A stretch of 54,701 bases of DNA, taken from the IMG/VR virus record IMGVR_UViG_3300045988_148989; one strand, given 5' to 3'. A program made the position numbers and the translations under genes. The first letter of the stretch is position 1; each line of letters opens with the position of its first letter. This DNA comes from a virus. The notes below the pieces were generated by a model. That model saw nothing but the letters and a program-made list of their open reading frames with translations. It was not told the DNA's origin and made no database searches. This document shows positions 38,299 to 46,742 of this stretch, one piece after another.

Positions 38299-39396
38299 TT
38301 ATACATTTTCTGCAATAAGCCATACATCTAACTGAATTTTAGTGATGTTTGAATAATTCATTCGACCACTATTGTTTGGACCTGTCTGCTTCAACTGCAT
38401 ATATAACTCATAAGTATCACTCCATACGTTGAATACAACAGGCACATCATAATTCTTACCATTAGATGTTATAATGCACGTTGCATGTTGAGTACCTATA
38501 TTTGGTGCTCTCCAAGGAAAGGCACATACATTTCTAGGGGCATACAATTTGAATGCATTATATCCATTACTATTAAGGTTATTGACAGGTTCGTCAAATA
38601 TAATTCTATATATATTAATATCTCCAAGACATTGACCATATATTGTTCCGTTAAAAGTGCCACCATTTAATCTAGTACTTAATTGTCTTCTATCTATGCA
38701 ATTACTTCCTGTGCCAAGGATATATCCTTTTAAATATTCAGCGATACTTTCTTGTCCCCATTCGTTAGGGTGAAACCAATCTGTAGCCATCATATTTTCA
38801 AACGATAGAATATTTTCAGCACCTGGAACTACTACAAACGGCTTATTTGTATATGTTGCCATAGTCTTATAGATTGGCAACATATCATACTTTAATCCAT
38901 ATTGGTTACCGCTGTTTTTGAAATCTACTCCAAATGGAGCAAAATGTATAATTGCATTTGGATATGTACTTTCAACATATGATATTAAAGTGTTAATATT
39001 TGACTTTACTACATCATTCTTTCCTCTGTATGATAATTCATTGCACCCTCCACCAATCAATACATCTGTAATGATGTTTTTATTAGAAACTTTATTTTCT
39101 ACACCTTTTAATAGTGCTAAATAGTTATTTGATGGATCGCTAAAACTTGCTCCACCTCTATAATTGATAAAAATATTATCAGCATTTGCATGGCAATTAA
39201 CCAATTTTGATTTTAATCTATCACACCAACCCGTTATAATCCCATTTGGTGTATAACCTTGTCCGTATGAATCGCCAATAAAAATATAACCTTTGCTTGA
39301 AATAGGCATGCTTGATTTAATATCAACAGTTTCTTTGTCATATGTTTCAATCAAACATTTGTTATCACATATTCCATATACTTTTTCATGTGCCAT
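38299..39396 (-). CDS. SGNH/GDSL hydrolase (putative receptor-modifying esterase) with a C-terminal beta-rich domain.
   Basis: IFIGDSYGQGY GDSL motif. Likely start MAHEKVYG after a GGAGG RBS. Confidence 0.55.
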   Translation of the reverse strand: MAHEKVYGICDNKCLIETYDKETVDIKSSMPISSKGYIFIGDSYGQGYTPNGIITGWCDRLKSKLVNCHANADNIFINYRGGASFSDPSNNYLALLKGVENKVSNKNIITDVLIGGGCNELSYRGKNDVVKSNINTLISYVESTYPNAIIHFAPFGVDFKNSGNQYGLKYDMLPIYKTMATYTNKPFVVVPGAENILSFENMMATDWFHPNEWGQESIAEYLKGYILGTGSNCIDRRQLSTRLNGGTFNGTIYGQCLGDINIYRIIFDEPVNNLNSNGYNAFKLYAPRNVCAFPWRAPNIGTQHATCIITSNGKNYDVPVVFNVWSDTYELYMQLKQTGPNNSGRMNYSNITKIQLDVWLIAENV

Positions 39397-39410
39397 TATT
39401 TTACCTCCTT

Positions 39411-39878
39411 TTAAATATTCCAATCTTTATCATCTGCAAGTTTCTTCTTTAACTCTAATTCTGCTTGCTTTAGTTCATAACTATCCCAATCATTTTTCCA
39501 ATTATCCTTATCATAGTTCTTGAGTAATAAATGTAATGCTCCTGTATCTCCGTCAACTTCTTTTGTTGTTATTTCAGTATGCTTTCTAGTAGAACCATTT
39601 TCATCTTGAGTAACATATGTTTTCTTGGTTTCTAGAGTATGTTTAAATGCTTTCTTTATCATTTCACTTCTTAAATCTAAAACTAAACTTGATCGCCCTT
39701 TTTTTAAGGCTTCTTTTAATTCCATTTTTTCCTTATGAACATTGAAAGCACTAACTGAAATTCCTAACGCTTCACATATCTGTTTTTCAGTAGCACCACT
39801 TTTAACCCATTCTTCTATTTTATTTATATTTGGAAATATGACAGTGTCATAAACGCTTTTTCTTCCTCTTTTAGACAT
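39411..39878 (-). CDS. HTH DNA-binding protein, small-terminase-subunit-like (or a late regulator).
   Basis: 155 aa. The N-terminal HTH TEKQICEALGISVSAFNVHKEK and its architecture resemble Terminase_2-type TerS. It is separated from terL by about 9 kb. Confidence 0.4.
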   Translation of the reverse strand: MSKRGRKSVYDTVIFPNINKIEEWVKSGATEKQICEALGISVSAFNVHKEKMELKEALKKGRSSLVLDLRSEMIKKAFKHTLETKKTYVTQDENGSTRKHTEITTKEVDGDTGALHLLLKNYDKDNWKNDWDSYELKQAELELKKKLADDKDWNI

Positions 39879-39948
39879 TCAACATCATACTTTCACATCT
39901 CCTTTTTTATTCATATTTACATCATTATTTTATCATATTTCACTATTT

Positions 39949-39962
39949 GAATACATATATAA
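39949..39962 (+). promoter_or_regulatory. Dispersed motif copy 12 (ttcactatttgaat), about 70 bp upstream of the TerS-like gene.
   Basis: Core ACTATTTGAA. Confidence 0.5.
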
Positions 39963-40175
39963 TTCAATTTTTTAACAATTAAAAAAGACAGTGAATATTT
40001 CACTGCCCTTTTTAGGAAAAACGTTTATACGCTTCTCAATTTGGGAAAAAAGTGTTTTGTTTGTCTCGTACCAAATCTAAGAACACTAATAACGATGGTA
40101 CACCTAGAAGGTTCTGCCCCTCCGTTTATCCCTTATAAGGAGACCACTCTACTATTGAGTTATAGGTGTATACGG

Positions 40176-40249
40176 TGTTGAATTGAGGATTCGAACCCCT
40201 GTCCTCTAGTCTCCACGACTAGATATTCTACCTTTGAACCATATCCAAC
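40176..40249 (-). tRNA. tRNA-like gene with a non-canonical anticodon arm (anticodon possibly UGG/Pro if the loop is 7 nt).
   Basis: The reverse complement reads GTTGGAT...GGGGTTCGAATCCTC AATTCAAC A. It has a 7-bp acceptor stem, a perfect GTTCGAATC T-loop and GG in the D-loop. The anticodon hairpin TCTAGTC-GTGGA-GACTAGA has a 7-bp stem and a 5-nt loop. Confidence 0.5.
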
Positions 40250-40377
40250 AGTTATAAGCACTATTTTCAAGTGCTTATATAAAAATGATTTAAGAAATTG
40301 AGTTAAAGAACATGCATATTTGCAACTCTTAGTTGCAAGTATTATTATACTCATTTTCATAATATTTTCAATATTTT

Positions 40378-40405
40378 TTAAATAAAAAAAGGTGATTTCT
40401 CACCT
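40378..40405 (-). terminator. Intrinsic terminator (bidirectional-looking) between the small ORF and the tRNA-like gene.
   Basis: AGGTGA-tttc-TCACCT flanked by A-runs and T-runs. Confidence 0.5.
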
Positions 40406-40407
40406 TA

Positions 40408-40578
40408 TACAAATCTTATTTCCATTCCGTCCATCCATGAATTTATTTCGTATGGGTCATTCATGAAACTTTCTTTTGCTTCTTCAATTCTTCTTTCTAC
40501 TTTTTCATTTCCAAATAATTCTCTTGCTTTCTTTTTTGAAATTCTCTTTCCATTTAAATAAATTCTTGTTCTCATTTT
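40408..40578 (-). CDS. Small hypothetical protein (57 aa) driven by the conserved promoter at 40609.
   Basis: Manual translation MRTRIYLNGKRISKKKARELFGNEK..., preceded by GAGAGAGG. Confidence 0.3.
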
Positions 40579-40608
40579 TATATCCTCTCTCTCTTTCTAT
40601 ATATACTT

Positions 40609-40637
40609 ATTATACTATATGTATTACATACATTCAA
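40609..40637 (-). promoter_or_regulatory. Promoter of the conserved family: TTGAAT-N17-TATAAT with the palindrome in the spacer.
   Basis: Minus-strand reading. Confidence 0.6.
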
Positions 40638-40892
40638 GCGATTTTACTTATTTTTTGCAACAAAAAAAGGAACTATATTATATATAGCCCCTTTAAAAGG
40701 AATAACCCTTTTTTATGTGTTTTGGAGGACACACAACCAAAATGAAAACAAGTAAACCAAAACGACAAACTAATGACAACCAAAGTGAGGTGTCCTATTC
40801 ACCTCAAATAACATTATACATGTTTTTACATTTTTTACAACGAATATTATACATATTTTTACATTTTTTACAACATAAAAAAAGAACGCTTT

Positions 40893-41084
40893 TTAGCGTT
40901 CAATATCTGCTTTTATTAAAGCCTTAATGTATCCATTCACATTCGCACATTTTTCTAAATGATCGTAAATATCTTTTTCTGTCTTCTTATTTACTTTAAT
41001 AGGAAAGTTCTTTGTGTTCGATTTATTGTACTTAGCACTCGCTTTAAGTTGTGCCTTGCTTGTTTTTTCATTCAATGCTATCAC
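40893..41084 (-). CDS. Ribbon-helix-helix (Arc/MetJ-like) DNA-binding protein.
   Basis: 63 aa. The beta strand FPIKV is followed by two helices (EKDIYDHLEK, NVNGYIKALIKADIE). Confidence 0.4.
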   Translation of the reverse strand: MIALNEKTSKAQLKASAKYNKSNTKNFPIKVNKKTEKDIYDHLEKCANVNGYIKALIKADIER

Positions 41085-41518
41085 CTCTATTTCATTATAT
41101 CATAAATAAGTAATATGTGATACTTATAATTTTAAAATTTAAGAAGGTTGATTTTTGAAGAGTGTTTTTATCAACCTTCTATATAGCGATTACTAACATA
41201 GGAAATCTTGTTTTGTGAGGTGATTTCCTTCTTTCTTCTTCTTTATTTATGCTTTCATCACTGTTTAACGCATTGAAAATGAGATTTTAAAGGTAAAATG
41301 CATAAAAGTCTTGTTTTGATTAGTACAAGTAACTAATAATATTAAAAATTAAATATCAATGCGTTGTTGAATCCCTATACTGACAATGAGATTAAATGAA
41401 AAAAATCTAAATAGGTATTTGTATATAATTTAATTTTCTTATGAGTCTTGTTTTGATTAGACCAAGTAACTAATGTTTAAAAAATATATTACATCAATAT
41501 AGGGATATACTATATATT

Positions 41519-41719
41519 CTATAGATATTTTTCTATTTCTTCAAGACCTTCAATCTCCTCTAGTTCATCTTTTGAATTTTCTAATAGATATTTTAGATAA
41601 TTTATTCTTTTTTTTAATGCTTCTTTTTTGTTTGGATTTGGTTCATTTCCATCAAGCATTAATCTATTATCCATTGCCATATCAATAACGTTGCATACAA
41701 TAGTATCAATTTTCGTCAT
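41519..41719 (-). CDS. Hypothetical small protein.
   Basis: 66-aa ORF. Confidence 0.4.
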   Translation of the reverse strand: MTKIDTIVCNVIDMAMDNRLMLDGNEPNPNKKEALKKRINYLKYLLENSKDELEEIEGLEEIEKYL

Positions 41720-42044
41720 TTTTTGTATCTCCTCTCAAAAAATACTCTTTCCAACATTTTATGGATTTTTTTAAATATTCATTATCTAGTCGATCATCTA
41801 AACTCATACATTGATAATCACAAATATTACATTCATTCATTTTTTCGTTTGTAATAGTTGTCCAACAATAATTAAAAGGGCATCCATTTGATCCACAATC
41901 ATGAGTGTATTCACAAGCCTTATCAAGTGCTTTTTCTAATGCATCACAATATATTTCTAAATAATCGGTATAAAACCCAAGTTGTTCATAATCATTTTCA
42001 GATTTAGGAAATGCATAATCTTCCATTTTCGGTCTAGTTATCAT
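41706..42044 (-). CDS. Hypothetical Cys-rich protein.
   Basis: 112 aa with multiple C..C pairs. Confidence 0.4.
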   Translation of the reverse strand: MITRPKMEDYAFPKSENDYEQLGFYTDYLEIYCDALEKALDKACEYTHDCGSNGCPFNYCWTTITNEKMNECNICDYQCMSLDDRLDNEYLKKSIKCWKEYFLRGDTKNDEN

Positions 42045-42291
42045 TTTTATTGCCCTCCTTATTTATAATGCATTGAATTACTATTCCAAACCCTCTTGAG
42101 GTTCTTGTAACTCCTAAATGTGTTACAGTTCTATCGCCTACTTTTTTATCTATAAAACACTTATCATTTATTAAATCTTTTTTATACGCACAAACAAAAT
42201 AACCATCTTCTCTTATAGTCATTACTACAGCAGTTGCTTCATTACTCATTGTTTCCAATACTTCATTTACTCTCATGCTCTTCAACTCCAC
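42034..42291 (-). CDS. Hypothetical protein.
   Basis: 85-aa ORF. Confidence 0.4.
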   Translation of the reverse strand: MELKSMRVNEVLETMSNEATAVVMTIREDGYFVCAYKKDLINDKCFIDKKVGDRTVTHLGVTRTSRGFGIVIQCIINKEGNKNDN

Positions 42292-42832
42292 AATCTTTTT
42301 CGCAATTTTTTAATAACTCTGCGATTGATCTTGGTTCTTTGTCATTCCATGAAATGAATAAGAACATATCTTCGCATAAATTTAAATTATCGGAATCAAT
42401 TAAATTTTCCCAAGTTTTTCCGTCTTTCTTTGGTGCATACTCATATACATATAGGTTATCGTTATAATCTCTTGCAATATAGTTGCGATTTTTATATAAG
42501 CAGTGCTTTAAGATGTCTCGCTCAAATTTTGTCAACTTAATTTTTTCTTTAATTTGTTCTTTCTCAAATTCAATAGTTACGATATTTGATGCATTGATTA
42601 ATAAAGGTTCTTCTATTGTTGGCTTGATTGTTCTATAGCCTACCGTATCATTGCAACAAAATTCATATTCACTATAAATTTCAATTGCTTCATTTTCTTT
42701 AAGTTTTTCTTTCATTTGTTTAATGTGCTCATTAGGATTAAAACATTCTTTTTTAATTAAATATTCATCACCGTTAACCATTTCAATAGTTACATTTAAA
42801 TTAGTCATACTTATTCGCCTTCCTTTACCCAC
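42263..42832 (-). CDS. Member 3 of an intragenomic three-paralog family (conserved C-terminus W.D.EP.SI..LLKNCE).
   Basis: 189 aa. The C-terminal 60 aa align to 44217..44684 and 44888..45358. The N-terminal MVNGDEY segment aligns to 45362..45637. Confidence 0.5.
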   Translation of the reverse strand: MGKGRRISMTNLNVTIEMVNGDEYLIKKECFNPNEHIKQMKEKLKENEAIEIYSEYEFCCNDTVGYRTIKPTIEEPLLINASNIVTIEFEKEQIKEKIKLTKFERDILKHCLYKNRNYIARDYNDNLYVYEYAPKKDGKTWENLIDSDNLNLCEDMFLFISWNDKEPRSIAELLKNCEKDCGVEEHESK

Positions 42833-43011
42833 TTCATCATATTTTTAGCATTGTAGAACGGACATTCTTCATTACATTCTACTATTCCTACACCAATATT
42901 TTTATTATCCTTGCAATGCTTTCCAAACCAATTAAAATACACATCATTGCAATATGCTCCACTGTCTATCATTTCAATTAATGAGTGCATTTTTTTATCA
43001 TTAACAATCAT
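42811..43011 (-). CDS. Hypothetical Cys-rich small protein.
   Basis: 66 aa. Confidence 0.35.
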   Translation of the reverse strand: MIVNDKKMHSLIEMIDSGAYCNDVYFNWFGKHCKDNKNIGVGIVECNEECPFYNAKNMMKWVKEGE

Positions 43012-43171
43012 TTTTTAATACCTCGCATTCTTCAAAAATATCCTCAATATAGCCTATGCAAGTATCAATGCCATAATTAAAGTATTCATCTCTTTCGTCA
43101 CATTCAATACGAATTTTTTGATCGTTCAATGTATCAATTATTTTATTTCTTAATTCTTCTGTTTCCATAAA

Positions 43172-43414
43172 TTATTGTTCTCCTAAAGGACAAAAATAAT
43201 CATGGTACTTATCATCAGTAAATTTAACTCTTGTAGCGTCAACACGATAGATATTGCCTTTTTTATCCTCAATTAAAGCAAATACAGCACTTACTTGTCC
43301 TCCTGGATGTCCACCAATCATAGGTGATGGCGAAATTACATATGAATGTTGCTCAAAGCAGTGAAAAATATAATTTTTATCTTCATATTTGCATGTTCTA
43401 TAATAATCTTTCAT
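43172..43414 (-). CDS. Hypothetical protein.
   Basis: 80 aa. Confidence 0.4.
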   Translation of the reverse strand: MKDYYRTCKYEDKNYIFHCFEQHSYVISPSPMIGGHPGGQVSAVFALIEDKKGNIYRVDATRVKFTDDKYHDYFCPLGEQ

Positions 43415-43426
43415 AATATTCTCCTC

Positions 43427-43759
43427 TTATAAAATAAATAAGTAAATCATTATCATTAATGTAATAGCATAGGCTACTGCAAGAATAAAGAAGTCTCTAT
43501 TTGATGCTTTATTATTTTTAACTAATTTACTATTTAATTTCTGCATATCATCTATCTTTTTTAAATTCTCATTGTAAATATTCAATACAGTTTGACCTGT
43601 TTCTTTATAACTTTTGTATCTATCTTCTAAATCTTCATTTTCAACTTTTAAATCTTCCAATTCTTCTTCTAAACAATGCTTTTCACTTTCTAGTTTTTCA
43701 ATCTGATATTGTAACTCTGTAATCTGTTCCTCATGCAATTCCATAGAAATAGTATTCAT
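43427..43759 (-). CDS. Coiled-coil protein with a C-terminal transmembrane anchor.
   Basis: 110 aa, E/L heptads followed by ILAVAYAITLMIMIYLFIL. Confidence 0.4.
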   Translation of the reverse strand: MNTISMELHEEQITELQYQIEKLESEKHCLEEELEDLKVENEDLEDRYKSYKETGQTVLNIYNENLKKIDDMQKLNSKLVKNNKASNRDFFILAVAYAITLMIMIYLFIL

Positions 43760-43760
43760 A

Positions 43761-44024
43761 TTATCTCACCCACTCCGTTTGACTATACATTCCTGCGCCT
43801 GTTGCTGATTCAACAAGAATATAAGTTTCTGATTCTTCTTTTACAATGTCTATTCTAGTTACAGTTGTATCTTCATATTTATTTCTCTTTTTTATATACT
43901 CCTCTTGACAAGCAATATTAAATGCAGTACCTCTAAAAGTTATAATATCAACATCATTTATTCTTAAAATAATCTTAGTTGTGCTTGCGAATTTCGGTAA
44001 TAATTGGTTTAATCTCATTTTCAA
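43761..44024 (-). CDS. Hypothetical protein.
   Basis: 87 aa. Confidence 0.4.
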   Translation of the reverse strand: MKMRLNQLLPKFASTTKIILRINDVDIITFRGTAFNIACQEEYIKKRNKYEDTTVTRIDIVKEESETYILVESATGAGMYSQTEWVR

Positions 44025-44227
44025 TACCCTCTCTTTTTAATCTCGTTTTCAAAATCTTCTCTATTTTCAAAATTAGGATAACCTTTTGCAATCGCTCTTA
44101 TAAAAATGCCTGTTATCTCTTTTATTTCTTCTTTAAATTCTTCATCATTCTCACATTCACATTTTATTTCTTCTAAAAATTCTGCATTTGTCATTTCATT
44201 ATGTTCAGTATATTTTTCATTCATCAT
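44021..44227 (-). CDS. Hypothetical protein (start trimmed to MMNEKY after an AAGGTGG RBS).
   Basis: The 95-aa track ORF overlaps its upstream neighbour by 92 nt. The RBS supports the internal start. Confidence 0.35.
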   Translation of the reverse strand: MMNEKYTEHNEMTNAEFLEEIKCECENDEEFKEEIKEITGIFIRAIAKGYPNFENREDFENEIKKRGY

Positions 44228-44684
44228 CAACCACCTTGCAGTTATTGAGTAATTTTTTGATTGACTTAGGTTCTTCATCTTTCCATTGAACAAATTGAAA
44301 TAAGTCATTAATTACATCAAAAGTAATATAAGTTTCGCAATTGTACCACATGCCACCATTTTTTTGAGGAGGACACTTTCCCTTATGCATATACAAATAT
44401 CCGCCAATTCCTCTTGTGAGATACCTGTAATCTTTTTCATAAAATAACTTTAGTAATAAATATTCTAATCTAGTTAATTTAACAGGTGGTTCTCTATATT
44501 CTGAAATAAGCCACCTTGTTTTACTTGCATCACACGTACCATCATCAAATAAACAACCACGGCATTGCTCTAAATCATTACATTTTATAATTTTAGTTGG
44601 ATTATCTGCTCTAATTGCAAACTGTTTTCTATCTTCTAAAAGTGCTAATATATCTTTTCTATACTTTTCTCCATTAGTCATCAT
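44217..44684 (-). CDS. Member 2 of the three-paralog family (start trimmed to MMTNGEKY after GAAGGAG).
   Basis: N-terminal Cys cluster and the C-terminus WKDEEPKSIKKLLNNCKVV. Confidence 0.5.
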   Translation of the reverse strand: MMTNGEKYRKDILALLEDRKQFAIRADNPTKIIKCNDLEQCRGCLFDDGTCDASKTRWLISEYREPPVKLTRLEYLLLKLFYEKDYRYLTRGIGGYLYMHKGKCPPQKNGGMWYNCETYITFDVINDLFQFVQWKDEEPKSIKKLLNNCKVVDDE

Positions 44685-44901
44685 CTTCTTCTCCTTCATC
44701 TGTACTAAGTATGCTTTCAATAAATTCGTCACGTTCAAACTTAATTTTATCAATAACATAAGTTAGTTTTTTTTCTCCTGTTAGAACATTGCAAAGGCTA
44801 TACATATCGCATCTTTTGCAATCATCATGAGATTTGCAATAATTTAATAATCCACTAATTGCGACAAATTGAGCAATATCATCTGTTTTAAGCATTTCCA
44901 A
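44674..44901 (-). CDS. Hypothetical acidic-tailed Cys-containing protein.
   Basis: 75 aa. Confidence 0.4.
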   Translation of the reverse strand: MEMLKTDDIAQFVAISGLLNYCKSHDDCKRCDMYSLCNVLTGEKKLTYVIDKIKFERDEFIESILSTDEGEEDDD

Positions 44902-45358
44902 TTACCTCACAATTTTTTAATAATTCTTCTATTGATGTAGGTTCTGCATCTTCCCATTTAATAAATTCAAATAATTCATTGAATAAAGTTAAATCATGTG
45001 AATAAATTTGATTCTTTTTGACGTCACAATCCCAAATATCATTATCTTTTTTTGGTTTATACCAAAATGAAAATAAATTGCCATCCTTATCTCTAGCGAT
45101 ATATCCAAATTCTATGAATTTCAAAATCTCATATTCAAGTCTATTTAATTTAATAGGATCTTTATTTTCAGAAATAAACCATTTTAATTTTGCAACATTG
45201 CATGATGGTTCATCTACTTTTCTATTTTCTTGACTAAATAAACATTCATCACAAAACCTTGCACCACATTCTACGATTTTTCTATCACGTTCATTAAATC
45301 CAAAATCGCAATTCTTGATTTTTAATATATCATCTATGTACTTTTCAATATTCATCAT
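44888..45358 (-). CDS. Member 1 of the three-paralog family.
   Basis: 156 aa with the C-terminus WEDAEPTSIEELLKNCEVI. Confidence 0.5.
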   Translation of the reverse strand: MMNIEKYIDDILKIKNCDFGFNERDRKIVECGARFCDECLFSQENRKVDEPSCNVAKLKWFISENKDPIKLNRLEYEILKFIEFGYIARDKDGNLFSFWYKPKKDNDIWDCDVKKNQIYSHDLTLFNELFEFIKWEDAEPTSIEELLKNCEVIGNA

Positions 45359-45361
45359 TTT

Positions 45362-45637
45362 TTACTCCTCCTCCAAATAATTAATTGATGCAATATTTTT
45401 TGAATTGATTGAAACATGTGATAAATATGTCTTTCTAATATCAAATGAAGGTGACCTATGAAATCTATAAAAATACTTCACATATATAATTTCCTTTGCA
45501 ATAGTGTTATCAATTTCAATGAAATTCATATCATCAAAATTTCTTGTCATTAAAATTGTTGTTTTTGTATTATGTAAATGATATTCATCACCATTCACCA
45601 TTCTAATAACTATATTTTTCATTTTCTTTTGCTCCAT
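45362..45637 (-). CDS. Hypothetical protein sharing an N-terminal module (MVNGDEY) with paralog 3.
   Basis: 91 aa. Confidence 0.4.
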   Translation of the reverse strand: MEQKKMKNIVIRMVNGDEYHLHNTKTTILMTRNFDDMNFIEIDNTIAKEIIYVKYFYRFHRSPSFDIRKTYLSHVSINSKNIASINYLEEE

Positions 45638-45975
45638 TCTTCTTTATCTTTATTCTTTGCAACTAACATAAAATAAAATGTTGCAATACCTTCAATGCTA
45701 GATTTATCGTTTATACATTCTCTAAATAAATCTGCATATTCTTCATATCCTTCTGCAATCATTAAAGACCAATCACTTACATAAGGCATTGCATCTCCGA
45801 TTGCTTGTTTTAAAGCCTGTTTATATACTTCAAGATAAAATGAAGAAGTACACTCAAACACCATTTTTTGGTGTTTCAACATTGCATTTTCCTTTCTTGC
45901 TAGTGCTAATTTTGTTTCTAATCTATCAACATATTCGCTTGCATATGTTACCTCTTTTAATTCTTTTTTATCCAT
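45619..45975 (-). CDS. Hypothetical protein.
   Basis: 118 aa. Confidence 0.4.
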   Translation of the reverse strand: MDKKELKEVTYASEYVDRLETKLALARKENAMLKHQKMVFECTSSFYLEVYKQALKQAIGDAMPYVSDWSLMIAEGYEEYADLFRECINDKSSIEGIATFYFMLVAKNKDKEEWSKRK

Positions 45976-45993
45976 TATATCTTTGCTCCCTTT

Positions 45994-46194
45994 TTACTCA
46001 TTCTTATTAAAAATACCTTTTATATTTTCTTTTATCCAATTTATTAGTTCTTCAATAAGTAACTTAATCATTGAACCAATTAAATAAATAACACCACAAA
46101 CTACATATAATATTCCTGCTAGTAAATATTGCAAAACAACTCCACCAACTAAAAATAATATGAGTGCTAAATATATATTGCTGAAAATAATCAC
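45994..46194 (-). CDS. Small membrane protein (two TM helices).
   Basis: 66 aa, hydrophobic. Confidence 0.4.
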   Translation of the reverse strand: MIIFSNIYLALILFLVGGVVLQYLLAGILYVVCGVIYLIGSMIKLLIEELINWIKENIKGIFNKNE

Positions 46195-46199
46195 AAATA

Positions 46200-46397
46200 T
46201 TAATTCTCCTTTCTAAGCCATTCTTTTATTCCTTTTTTATTTTTAAATTGGCAATTTCCACATTTCTGCGGTTCATTGATTAATACCCCATGACAACAAT
46301 ACTTGCCATAGGCTTCTTCATGCAAGTAGTCACAATTATGACCAAATGCATTTAAAACTTTATCCAATCTATTTTCATCAACTTCCACTTTTGCCAA
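46200..46397 (-). CDS. Small Cys-rich (zinc-ribbon-like) protein.
   Basis: 65 aa with CDYLH...CCHG...CGNC. Confidence 0.4.
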   Translation of the reverse strand: MAKVEVDENRLDKVLNAFGHNCDYLHEEAYGKYCCHGVLINEPQKCGNCQFKNKKGIKEWLRKEN

Positions 46398-46569
46398 CCT
46401 TCTTTAACTCTGAAATTTCAATTTTCAAATTTGCATTTTCTACCTCTAATCTATTTGTATATATTTCTAGTTTTGTTGTATAAAATGCCAATCCCATAAA
46501 ACTACCCATTTCTCTAAAATCCTTTTTAAATGGTCTCTTTATGAGTTTCTTTGTTAGTCTATTCATCAT
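46378..46569 (-). CDS. Hypothetical small coiled-coil protein.
   Basis: 63 aa. Confidence 0.35.
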   Translation of the reverse strand: MMNRLTKKLIKRPFKKDFREMGSFMGLAFYTTKLEIYTNRLEVENANLKIEISELKKVGKSGS

Positions 46570-46742
46570 CTTCTATATATCCAACCTTTATAATATCCTT
46601 TTCTTTTCTTGCTCTTCTGCGTATATTATTGATTGTTGTATGCAATATATTTGATAACTCTCTAGCCGTTCCAACGGCTATTAATTCATCACATTCATAA
46701 TACGCATACAACGCTTTGTGTTGAATCATTGTTATTTCTCCA

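Noticed and set aside
40160-40360. 66-aa minus-strand ORF from the six-frame track.
   Set aside because: It overlaps the tRNA-like gene and its flanking palindromes, has no RBS and has odd composition. It is most likely not coding.
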